From assembly GCA_002269645.1 (NCBI GenBank), contig NIVC01000226.1:2210-66209 (forward strand): DNA of 64,000 nucleotides, in the 5' to 3' direction. The translations under genes and the position numbers were made by a program. Positions 1 through 11,311 of this stretch are shown one piece after another. Source of the stretch: Macrostomum lignano (lineage: Eukaryota). Each line of letters starts with the position of its first letter. Positions within the stretch are counted from its first letter, which is position 1. The notes beneath the pieces were generated by a model. The model was given only the letters and a program-made list of their open reading frames with translations, was not told where the DNA came from and searched no databases.

Positions 1-981
1 ATGGCTGGGAGACAGTCAATGACCTTCCACGGAGTGGCCAACCTGCCACCATGGTCAACAGGTTAAACATTGAGCTTGTGCATTGTGCTCCGGATGTTGA
101 CTGCCGAGCTACAATGCGAGAGTTGTTAACCATTACTGGCATCTCATCAACAACCTTTTATTCAATCAAAAATCCTGATGGTTGAGCACTGTATGTCACG
201 TGTTGTTGCTCGTTGGGTCCCAAAACTTCTGACTGACCAGCAGCAGCGAGAGCAGGTCCAGGTGTGTTGGCAGCTCCTTTAGTCATATTGTAGTGATCCC
301 AACTTTTTGGACCAGATTATGACTGGGGATGAATCTTGGTTTCATTATAGTGAGCTAGAGTCCAAGATGCAGAGCAGTGTGTAGAAGGCCAGCCATGAGC
401 CCACACCTGTAAGGCCCTGACAGCACCTTTAGCTGGCAAGCAAATGGCCACCATCTTCTGGACAAGGAGGGTATTCTGCTCATCAAATGGCTTCCTCATG
501 GTGCCACAATAAACAGTGAGTACTATATCCAAGTCCTGCAGAAGTTGTGTGAAACCATCAAGGCCCAGCAGTGTGGCAAGCTGAGCTGTGGTATCCTGCT
601 ATCTGCTTCAGCACAACAATGCCAGGCCGCATACTAGCTAGGCAACAATGGCTGCCATTTCAGACCTAGGCTTTGAGGTGCTACCACACCTACCCTACTC
701 ACTGGACCTTGCACCCAGTGACTTCTGCCTTTTTGAAATGATGAAAAAACCCTCCGAGGTACAGCTCTCTACAGACCCTGGCATTGGCCATCAGCCAGTG
801 GGTCAGGGGGTCACCTGCCAATTTCTATGCTGCCAGCATCAAGAAGTTGTCTGAGAGGTAGCTCAAGTGCATAAGCTTCAAGGGTGCCTACGTTGAGAAG
901 CAGGAAGATTAGCGTTACATTTGTTCTATCCGTTAAACTGTTAGAGGTGTTTGATTGCGGACTTTCCAAACAACCCTTGTA
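1..981 (+). mobile_element. Degenerate mariner (Tc1/mariner DD34D) transposon, 3' part with right TIR
   Basis: Translated motifs ARWVPKLLT (~205-235), IMTGDESWFHY (~317-350), LQHNNARPH (~606-633) and PHLPYSLDLAPSDF (~683-725) match the mariner WVPxxL, TGDExW, HDNARPH and HPPYSPDLAPSDF motifs. Stops and frameshifts are present. It ends ACTTTCCAAACAACCCTTGTA (961-981), a mariner-like TIR ending in TA. The left end lies outside the window. Confidence 0.9.
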
Positions 982-3125
982 TATTGATTAACATTTTGGA
1001 AAATGGCATTTGGCATAAACTAGCTTGATAATGCCACAGTATAGTGGTCTAACATGGTGTGGCAGCATGGTATGATGGCAAGGTAGATAGATGTATAGCA
1101 GCAGCTAAGGTTAGCCTATCAAATGATGCCCCCCCCCCCTTAGTCTAACACGTATAGTTAATATAGTTAATTTTGTTATCTAGTATACTTATACTATATG
1201 TTGAAATGCAATACTATATTATAACCAATTGCCTTTATTGCAAATAGCATTTGGCAAAAATTAGCCCCTAACAATATAAGTAGTCTGGCAAAGGAAAGGG
1301 TGACATCTAATGCAGTTCAGACCTTGGCTGCAATAGGGTTGCAATGTAGACAAGTCTTAGTTACATAACCCTAGGCCAATAAAATAAACCTTATAAAAGA
1401 AAATTAAAAATATATTTTACTTTTTAAAATGAATGTTTTATAAATAATATATTAATATATTTATTCTACTTTTTGTTTATATATAAAGTAATGTTAGGCC
1501 TAATTTCTAATATAAAGTACATTTTAGAATCTACAAACAAATATATAGTCTTATGGCTATAAAAATAGGCCTATTAGAGTATTTATTCTTATACTTTTAT
1601 TGCATTTATTTTATTTTTAAACATTTTAAGATAAAAAATGCTTAGGAAGATCCTACAAAGACTTAAATTTAAATAGTCTATTATCATCAATTATGAATGA
1701 ATAAATGTTATTATTTTGGTTGACGGTCATTTTGTCTGCCGCCTTTTTGTCTGCCAATATACGATATAGTTGTTTCGTCTACCAATATATATAATATATA
1801 AATCAGAATAACTAATTATGTCATCAAGCTTCGCATGGAAGTGTAATGTAAATGTCTTATTAATTGTAATTTATTATAATGCTAGGATTTTTCTGAAAGT
1901 TCCAGAGCTAAAATGTTGCATATAAATACACAAAGCCAGAAGCAAATATCTCCAATTGTTTAGTTTCCTTCCAACTTTCTTTTTACAAATAATTGCAAAT
2001 TTTTTAAAATTGTAAAACTTTGTAAATTGTAAATTGTAAAATTGTAAAAAATTTTTACAAATTACGCATGCGTCCATGGTGAAAAAATTATCGATAACAC
2101 CACTTTCTCAGAAAATAACTTCGCATCGATGCATTAGGTCCATGGTCAGGAAGGTGCAGCGTGTGCGCCGGAATAACATCCATCAAAATTTTTGTTGTGC
2201 GCCGCGTGCGCCGAGAAAAAAAAATTACTTGTGCGCCCCATGCGCCGAGAAAAATACACTTGAAAAAGCACCATCAAGTATTAAGTATCTAAATTGAATC
2301 AATATCAATGGAAGTTCAAGCAGTTCAATCATGGCTTCTATTTGCAAAATATAAGCAAAAAGACGCAACAAAAGCCGCGAAAGGTGCAAATTTGTTAAGT
2401 TTGTTAAGTCGATTAATGAAATTTGAAATAGAAACAACATTGGAAATAACGACTATCGTGATGACTATCGTTCATTTTATTGATTGATTGACATTTAATA
2501 TACGTTTTTTTATTATTCATTATTATATTGTCACGTACACTGACATACCTTGTGCGCCATGCGCCGAGCCATGCACCGATGCACCAAGCCATGCGCCGAT
2601 GCGCCGAGCCCATGCGCGCGGCGCAGTGAAGTGTGCGCCGTACACCGGCAAATTGCTGATTTGCGCCGGAAAATTCCGAGGATTCTACCGTCTTCCTGGC
2701 TGTGGCATTAGGTTAGGTTAGTTAGGTTTCCAGTGCTGGGCATTAACTAGTTAATTGTTTAACTAGTTAATTAACTAGTTAATTTTTTTTAAAAATCGTT
2801 AAATTTTCGTTTAATTTTTTATGTAATAACTAGTTAACAAAAATCATTAATTTTTTTCTGTAAGTTAAAGTTAAATGACAAAAGTTAATAATTCCGGGAA
2901 ATGGAGTTCCCCGGGTTCAAAATCCGCGGGTTTGAACAGCTTGTATGCCATTAAAAAGTAAAATTAATACATCTTTCTAAGCATTATTTAATGCGTCACA
3001 AACTATTACATGTATATATTTCAAATACAAGTTATAATGTATAGAATATTCCGGAAGATTCTGGAATCTTCAACTATTATCTATTGATATTCTACCCAAG
3101 GACTACTAGAAGTTATCGTTGTACA

Positions 3126-4110
3126 TAGGGATGTCGATTCCCCAGGGAATTTTCTTATCGGGGACCTGGGGAATTTACTGTCATTCCCCGGGGACCCTGG
3201 GGACCCCGGGGAAAAAAATAAGTAAAAAACAGCGGATAACTTAGATCTTTATAAGTCACTAAGTGGCATTTTTTAAACTTTGATTAAAGCTTTGGATGGA
3301 CTACATATTCAAGGCGCAAGGGTAAAAACTTTAAGCAATGTTTGTTTGAAACTGTATTTGACAACATGGCATCACCAAATTGTGTGCGCACCTTTATCAG
3401 AAAGGGTCCAGACTCCGGAGGCGGAAAATGCATACTCAGCAGCTGCACTCGTGGGAGGATAATTAATGAATGAGACTGTTTTTATAATCGGAATTTTAAT
3501 TTCTTGCAGATACATGTAAATCACCATTTTGTCCTGTCTAATACGGAGTATTTTGTTATTGTATGACACCCCCCTATGCGTCAGTGACTGACACAGGATA
3601 TGGCGCTGTGCCTGCGTCAAATGTGTCAAGCCGTCAACGTAGACCAACACAATAGTCAGTAAGGCTTCTTTTTCCTGACAGGTTTCTACGCTCGTACATT
3701 CAATTTGCTTGATTGAAAGACTCATAATGAAAAAAAAACATTCAAACAGGTCGCTAATTTCATAAGACCGAAATTTCACAATGCCAAAAATTCTACATGC
3801 AATACAATCCTTATTGTAAAGTTTTCTACAACGTGAAATTTTGGTCTTATGAAGTTTTGGTCTTGTGAAGTATGGTGTTTCGGCGTTGTGAAATTTAGGT
3901 CTTATGAACCCCCCCCATTCAAACGTGTGTTGTGTTTGAAATAATACATTGAAATAAGCAGTTTTGTGGTAAAAAAGCATAGACAGAGTTTCAATCAGCT
4001 TTCTGTGAATGATTTTCTTATTTAAATGGCAAAAATTTAGTTAAAAATGCTTTTTTTTCTCCCCAGGGTCCCCGGTCTAATTCCCAGGGGAGTATTCCCT
4101 GACAAGCTCC
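3126..4110. mobile_element. Candidate nested non-autonomous element with GGGACCCTGGGG-type subterminal motifs
   Basis: Starts TAGGGATG. Clusters of GGGACCCTGGGG/CCCCAGGG motifs occur at 3140-3212 and, in inverse arrangement, at 4060-4115. No clean TIR or TSD. Confidence 0.35.
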
Positions 4111-4320
4111 CCAGGGCGCCGCAACCTGGCCACAGCCACGCCACGCCGACCTGAAATTTAAAAAACATACCAAACACATGTCCAGGAAAATGTCACTTTT
4201 TCTGTTAAGGAATTATTAACTTTAACTTTTAACTTTTCAGAAGTTAAATTTTGGGCAAAAGTTAAATAATTAACTAGTTACAGTTAATTTTTTTGGAGCA
4301 ATTAAATTAACTTATAACTT

Positions 4321-7300
4321 CCCAGTAAAAAAGGGTAGTCGGAATCCGATCGGAATGTCCGGTCGGAATTTGTCAGCAAAGTGGCTCGTGCAATCCGGTC
4401 GTTTTCTAGTCGGAGTTTTCCGATCGGAATGTGACGCTAATATCCGACTAAATTACGATTAGGTTGTATTTTTCAGAATTTGCTTTTGCATCGGCTAGCT
4501 TGCGTAAAAAATAAACAAATCGGTTTTCAAAGTGCTTAGCAAAATAATACATTATTTAAAATATTATTCTGCTTGAAGAGTGAAGCACAATAATGATTGG
4601 CTATTTAATTTACTCAATGCATTGTATATTATGCAATTATAAAGATTACAGTAAGCAATTTCTGCACAACACGTCAAGAGAGTAATTGTATTACACGTGG
4701 ATGCAAGGAAACATCAAGAAAGAGCATAATAATAATGCAATATATGCAGAAAATGAGTGCCGAAAACAAATAATAAAATACAGAAAACAAATGCAGAATA
4801 ATACAATAATATGATTGATGAACAACACATGAATGCAAAAAGCTAGCTAGCTAGATAAATGTTGTGAACCAAACGGCTGCATTATCAGTCAGCGAACTTA
4901 CAGCCAGAGTCAGCACATGGTTTGTCATCACAGGTGGCGGCAGAGGCGCTTCATTGTCGCAATTGCTTCCCCCACTGACACTCCACAAATGTTGGTCTGG
5001 AGCTCTTGCACTTTCAGACGCCATCGCAGAAGCTCTAAATGGCCTTTGATGCAATCCAGAGAACTCGGAGGATATGGTCCTGCATTGAATAATTTAGAGA
5101 GTTAATGGCATGATCAGCAGACCAGTTGGGCACCTTCACTGTCATTAGAAAGATTTGGAAATAAAAAATAAGGAGAATAGTTGTCTTCAGGCAAGGCAAG
5201 AAAAAACTTGACATTTGCAATCTTTAAAACTGGTATAAAAGCAATTGGAATATATACTATAAGAATAAAAACACAAAGAACACATACCCTTGAAGATCTC
5301 GCCAAAGTATGCTTGTACATATTCAAAGACATTTGATCTTTGATCCTTGTTAGCTAGGCCTAGTCAGCTCTTCCAGGATCCTTTTCCCCAGTCTTGAACT
5401 GAACCTAGAGATCCCATCCATTATGTAGCAAACAGACTGTGGCACCTTTGCACTAATGCACCACATCTAGACCAGCAGTGTCTGAAATAGAAGCAGAAGC
5501 CATTGATAAGATAATAATACAAGCTGTAGCATGCTTAGTAAAGCTAGAACTAGGGGCCTAGTCTTAGTCTAAAAGTGCTCTATGATAACTAAGAGAAATA
5601 ATATAAACAATAAAAAATTAATACTAGCATAATCAAAATGTACAATCATATTTACTATTATAAATAATGTATTCTAAGGATATAATGTCCTGAGTATTTT
5701 TTATCTTATTGACCTGTTGTCTATTTGAACTTTCATTTGACATTGAGATATATAGTACTTTATTTATCTAAATATACTAAATCTTAATATTTCTAAAGGC
5801 AAAATTAAAAGACCAAATTATTCTAAGTCTTAGCTAGGGTCCGGATTGTGTAATAGTGTATGCTAGAACAAGAATCTTATCTTAGCTAAATGTATGCCAG
5901 TGTATGCCAAAAACAAAAAAATCATTAAAATGTAAACTAAAAAAGCCTCCTAAAAAGGTCATTTGGTTTTCACAAGTTGAGTTTCCTAAGAAAGGTTTTT
6001 GTATGAAAAGTATTCTTTAAAATATTATACATATTTTCATTTTAGACAAACTTGATTGTACCTATAAAAATAATGATGCAACATTTACATTTTAATAATA
6101 ATTTTACTACTCTAAATCATTTTTAATTATAAAGAAGTAGAAAGTTTATTATTAATTTCTTGAGTATACAAATATTTCTTTATTTTACATAAAAACATTA
6201 ATTTACATTGAAATTTTCATGCTCAACATAAATTTATTCACCAAAAGTTGTAGGCCAAAAATGGATGTGAATTTGTATACCAAAATTTGTATGCCAAAAA
6301 ATGTATAAATTATACACCAAAATTTGTATGCCAACTTTAAAATGAGTCAGTTGACATTTGCATATCCAAATTTTCTGACATACATGTAACATTCCAGGGT
6401 CTAGAGTCTTAGTTTAATTAGAGTTCTAGAGTTCTAAGCATAGAAATGTTTTATAAGCAAGTGTAAATAGCTATTGACATGTGGCCTATATTATTTACTT
6501 ACTAGGCCTAGTCTATAAATAATAAGTTAATAATTCTTCATTATAATACTAAAAAGAAAGTCTTATCTAAAAGCAAATTATAATATACAATTGTAAACTA
6601 TAGACATTATTCAATTACTTTGCTTAAATGCCTTAGCCTAAACAAATGTCTATTGATTGTTAGGTATATTGAGTAAACCTAATAAGACACACTAAATGTC
6701 TAAAGTAAGTTTAACTAGGGCCTGGCCAAGGCCTTATATTTTTAGATTCAATGACTAAAAGCCTAAAACTAGGTAGTATTAATTTCATATATAAGAAAAA
6801 CAAGGTATAAGTTGTAGTTGTAGTTAAATGAAAATACTGCTTTAAAGACAATCTTGAGAAAAATGTGTAGCAAAATAGGCTAGGCCTAGACCCTAGTAAA
6901 GTAGGAATTGCAATAGGAGTAGGCCTAGGAGTATTGCAATTAGCAATAATTAATAAGATAGTGGTTAGGCATTAAGTAGGTTTTTAATAACAAGGTTTTT
7001 AATTTTAATTTAGTAATATTTTTGCCAGTGCCAGTGCTAGTGCCAGTGGAAAGACGCTATAAGCAAAAATATAACGAAAAGGTTATATAGAGAGGAAGGT
7101 AAAAAATAAATCGCTTTTTAAATACTTTCGATATAAATTGGATGGCCAGCATTTTTTTGTGGCATCAAAACAAAAACTGAATTATTGTAGTAATTTTTTG
7201 TATCATAAAGGTATATTCTGCACATTCTGGCAATACATAAAAGCAAGAAAACACGTTTAGTACAGCACATGCGTTATGAATATGGCTGTATCGGAAAGTA

Positions 7301-7534
7301 GGAAGAAAAATGAGTACAAATTCCGATCGGAAGAAGAAGAGATGGTTTCCGACTATTTTCCGATTGCGCAAATATAGCTCGAAAAACATTTTATTGTATT
7401 TTTTATGCTTATTATCATAGTAACGTGTTATATAAAACAAAATATTGTGGTTTAAACCTTTTCCGGCAAATTCCGACTGCCGATTAAATTCCGATCAGAT
7501 TCCAATCGAATTCCGACTACCCTTTTTTACTGGG
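4321..7534. mobile_element. Non-autonomous CMC/EnSpm-like DNA transposon with perfect 25-bp TIRs
   Basis: CCCAGTAAAAAAGGGTAGTCGGAAT at 4321-4345 and its exact reverse complement at 7510-7534. TT flanks both sides (2-bp TSD). Subterminal TCCGATCGGAA/TTCCGACT motifs repeat at both ends. No intact transposase inside. Superfamily is inferred from the CCC...GGG ends and 2-bp TSD. Confidence 0.8.
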
Positions 7535-10500
7535 TTTTAACGAGTTAAAAAAATTGATTAACTTGCCCAGCACTGGGGGCTAATTGAGGAATGGGCCGGT
7601 AGTCTCCTCCGCCTCCACGCTGTATCCGTCGGTCGATGCCACCTCAAATTTGAGTTGGCAAACAAATAGTACTGTTTGACTATATTCGTTTTTAAACACA
7701 TTTTTTTATGGCTGAATCCATCTAATTTTTGAATAGAATCAGCTAAGGCTTAGTACATTAAAACACAAAGAAATTTAATGAAGCTGGTTAGAACTCTTTA
7801 AAAATAAATAATTGTGTATCTGTGCTAAATTTATTATAGCAAATATATCAACGTACTCAAAATAAAAGTAACCTTTGCTCTCGACTTTGATCATGCACAA
7901 CTTTAAAACGAAACGGGCAAGCGTGCATGCCAGGTACTTTAACTAGTGCACAATGTAGCACGGTGCACACAATACAGGACAGGCTTTGTACAGTAGCTTC
8001 GTGCAGTGCAGCATAGTTCAGTGTAGGCTAACAAGCTAACATGTGGTGTTCTAACAGGCGGCCGTGTAAAGTAAGAAAATATTGCTAGAGCAGAGGCTTA
8101 GATTTATGTAACCTAATTTATATTGTAAGTAATGATGAAATTAGAGATATATATAATGCGAACTCTTAGAGGAACTTGAGCTAATCACTGATCTGATAAC
8201 ACTTTTAATATCTCACCAGGATTTTTATTGTTAATGTTATTGAAGTAGGCCCATCATTCAAAATTAGGCTATAGAAGAATAGTATAGTATCTAGTACTAG
8301 TATAGGCCCTAGTTTGGCTTTTGTCTTGCTAGGGCTTTAAATGTCATTTTTAAACAATTTTAAGTATTTTAATTTAAATGCTAACCAAATTATAGAACAT
8401 GTCATAAGCTCTAGTTATCATAATAAAGATGAAGCTTTAAATAATGTCTTTTAAGACTAATAAATAGGGCCTATATATAGGCCTAGGTCATAATTTTTTC
8501 AAAAGTTTATTTGTTATATCATAAGCTAAAAATTTCTAATGACAAATTTTGCAACTTATCATTGGTCTGTTAATTTATGCTTGGTAGATTAGCTAGATTA
8601 GCCAGAAATTGCGCTTATGCACATGGGATAAGCTGATAAGTAAACACTTGTTAAATAACTTAATATGATTATGTACTACATACTATGTTCATAATCATAA
8701 TTATAGATATAGGTCCCTAGCAATTTTAGTATCAATTATGTATAAGGCCTATGATAACTTTTTTTTTACCAGATATAGCATATATGCCTAGCTAAGGTTA
8801 AATTATGTTTAGGTCTATTAGTTCTTTATAGCAATAAGAATACTATGCCATTTTCCACTTGTCAAACTATCAAAAGGGGATTTTTGACAATTTTGCTATA
8901 TTAAAATAAAGCAATTCAGGCATATAAGATTTAAGAATATATGCTAACTGTTTTGTTAATATACCTTCTCAAATAAGAAGACTCAAGTTTGAAAAGTCTA
9001 GTTGCCAAACCTTAGACTATCAAAAATTAAGATAGGCCTATTCAATCTTCAATGATTCTGCTATAAGTAGAGGCCTATCTAGACTAGATATATTTTATTA
9101 ATTATAATTTTAGACAAAAAGCCTAACTATTTTTTGTATAATTTGATTTCATTTTTTCCTTATAAGTGCTAATATATTATTCAAAATGTTCTTATGCACC
9201 AACCAGCATTATACCTTAGTGTAGCCTTGCCAAGCTTCTAATTTTATTAGCATATTATTTCCAAAGCAAGTGTTTGCATTTGCTCTGACTTTTTTCATAT
9301 ATAGGCCTACTCAACTCACCCGATTTGTAAGGTGGCCCATGTAATGCACTTGATTTACTAAAGTAAAAAGTAAATATAGTTTTACAAAAAGTAAAAAGTT
9401 GATAACTTTTGTCATTCGCAACCAATGTTGACAAAATGTTAACACTATGTAATTTACTTTTTGACCAAAAATGTAACTTACTTAGGAAAAAAAGCCCTAA
9501 AGAAAAATTAATGCAATTTTGGTTAAATAAGAGGAGTAACTATTACTATTTTATATTAAGGCTAAATACCTCATTATCAAGGCCTAATTACTACTAAGTC
9601 TATATTTTTGGTATCCTTAGCTAGTCTTTAATCATTTTATTATTACCCTATTGCTATTTGGCACCTTCAACAGATGATACTAGACATATAAAATACAATT
9701 ACAATTAAAGTATGATAGCTATTACTTAAAACTCAACATATTGAAAAGTTTGTTTTGATTATAATGGTAATTTTATTTGATTTCATGTATACTTGGTAGT
9801 GTCAAAGGGCTGATTCTTCTGTCTCTTCAAATGATTCCATAGCTGTCACTAAAATTGTCAAAGGGCTAAATTCCTGTTATTATAAATTTTGGTAGCTGCC
9901 ACCAGGATTATCCTATTAATAAATTATGAGTTTATCAATCTTAGAATAATCTGAGAAACATTTCTTAGAATTGATCTGAGTATATATCTTAGTATTTAGT
10001 CTGAGTTTTTAGTCTGAGTATTATTCTTGGAAACTATTAGCCCTTAAAGATTTTATTCCTCTGTTATTCTGGTAGCGTATATTCGGATTCCGGTAGCATT
10101 TGCTGTATTTTTGGCCTGAGTGGTCTATTGGCTATACTGGTATATGTATTCCATGTACTTTGCAAGTCCTTGGGCATTACCGAGATCAGAAGGTCACAGC
10201 CTCCAGTTATTCTAACACGTATCACTTCAGATCTACTTTGTAGTTTCTTACTACTCAATACTGCTGCTTCTCAATAGTATGTACTGTATATGCTTCAGTC
10301 TATTTCACTCTTACTTCCTAAAAGGAATTAACACAGAAAACACTTCTTCAATTCTTATTTTCTCCGAACTCTTACTATTCGCTATCAATCACTTATTGCG
10401 GAACCACAATGCACAAGGTTGGTCTCTCCTCCATTGAAATTGCTTCTATTTATACTAAAATTTACTGCTAGTTTAAACAAAAATTAGTTTGCGTAAAATA

Positions 10501-10954
10501 TTATAGAAAATATGAGTATTAAAACAAAATATGTTTCTCAGTTTTGCCATGAATTCAAATTGACTAAATGGTGACTATTTTATAAAGAAATCGGGAGGGG
10601 CCCTGCACAGTAGCAATCTTAAAAATCTTTTTATATCTATAGTCAGGTTTCTTTTTGTCTTTTGAAAGTGCTAACAGCATTTGAATGACAACCAGATGCT
10701 TGAGAAACTAGCTCAAGGTACCTAACAAATGAGGTTGGCCCATTGTAATGTATAATAATGTATGTTCAAAATATTGAAGCTTGATAAGAAAAATCTGACT
10801 TTGTTGCAACAGGAAGTTGAAGTTGACAATAGCATTGGGATGATGAATGACTAAATAACTAAGAAACTGGATATAATTAATTTTTAAGAAACAATCACAA
10901 TTTTTTTATTTCAAAATTTCAGACTTCCATTTGAGTGCACTCAAGATTCTAAAA

Positions 10955-11311
10955 ATGCCAAACTCAGCCCAAGAGCAGCATCAGCTACAAGACAGAGATG
11001 AGCCTCTAGCGAATAAGCTCAAGTGTGTGGGCAATATCAACCAGCCATTTAGTGTGCAAGAATCTCTGCTAGCCAGTCAAGCAACAGAATTTTTCTATAG
11101 CAACCAGCTTGATAAATGCCAGACTGCACTTAACTGGCTGAAAGCTTGTGACAGCCATCATCCTGGCCTGCTTGTCAACTGGGCTGTGCTGCAATTTTAT
11201 AACTCTGGCGGTAACTGTGTGGACAAATTTGGCCAGGAACTGGCATTGGCTGCTGCTGCTGCTGCCGCTGATTCTTCCTGGCAGGAACTGCTGGTTCAAA
11301 CAGCTGAAGAG
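10955..11311 (+). CDS. CNOT10: CNOT10 coding exon 1
   Basis: MPNSAQ...QESLLASQATEFFYSNQLDKCQTAL...LVNWAVLQFY; acceptor TTTCAG at 10922, donor GTTGGA at 11312 (phase 0). Confidence 0.85.

Larger units (their letters stand above)
2731..7575. mobile_element. Non-autonomous TIR DNA transposon (CAGTGCTGGGCA termini), interrupted by nested insertions
   Basis: CAGTGCTGGGCA at 2731-2742 and its reverse complement TGCCCAGCACTG at 7564-7575. Both ends carry TTAACT(A/C)GTTAA subterminal motifs. No TSD found. hAT-like assignment rests on terminal sequence only. Confidence 0.65.

Noticed and set aside
3372-3980. 202-aa minus-strand ORF
   Set aside because: AT-rich, no recognisable motifs, and inside a non-autonomous TE.
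4851-5220. Possible DUF4806/BEN-like coding relic in the EnSpm-like element
   Set aside because: The resemblance (GGSN...SLTDNAAVWF) is too weak and needs frameshifts; it requires an HMM search.
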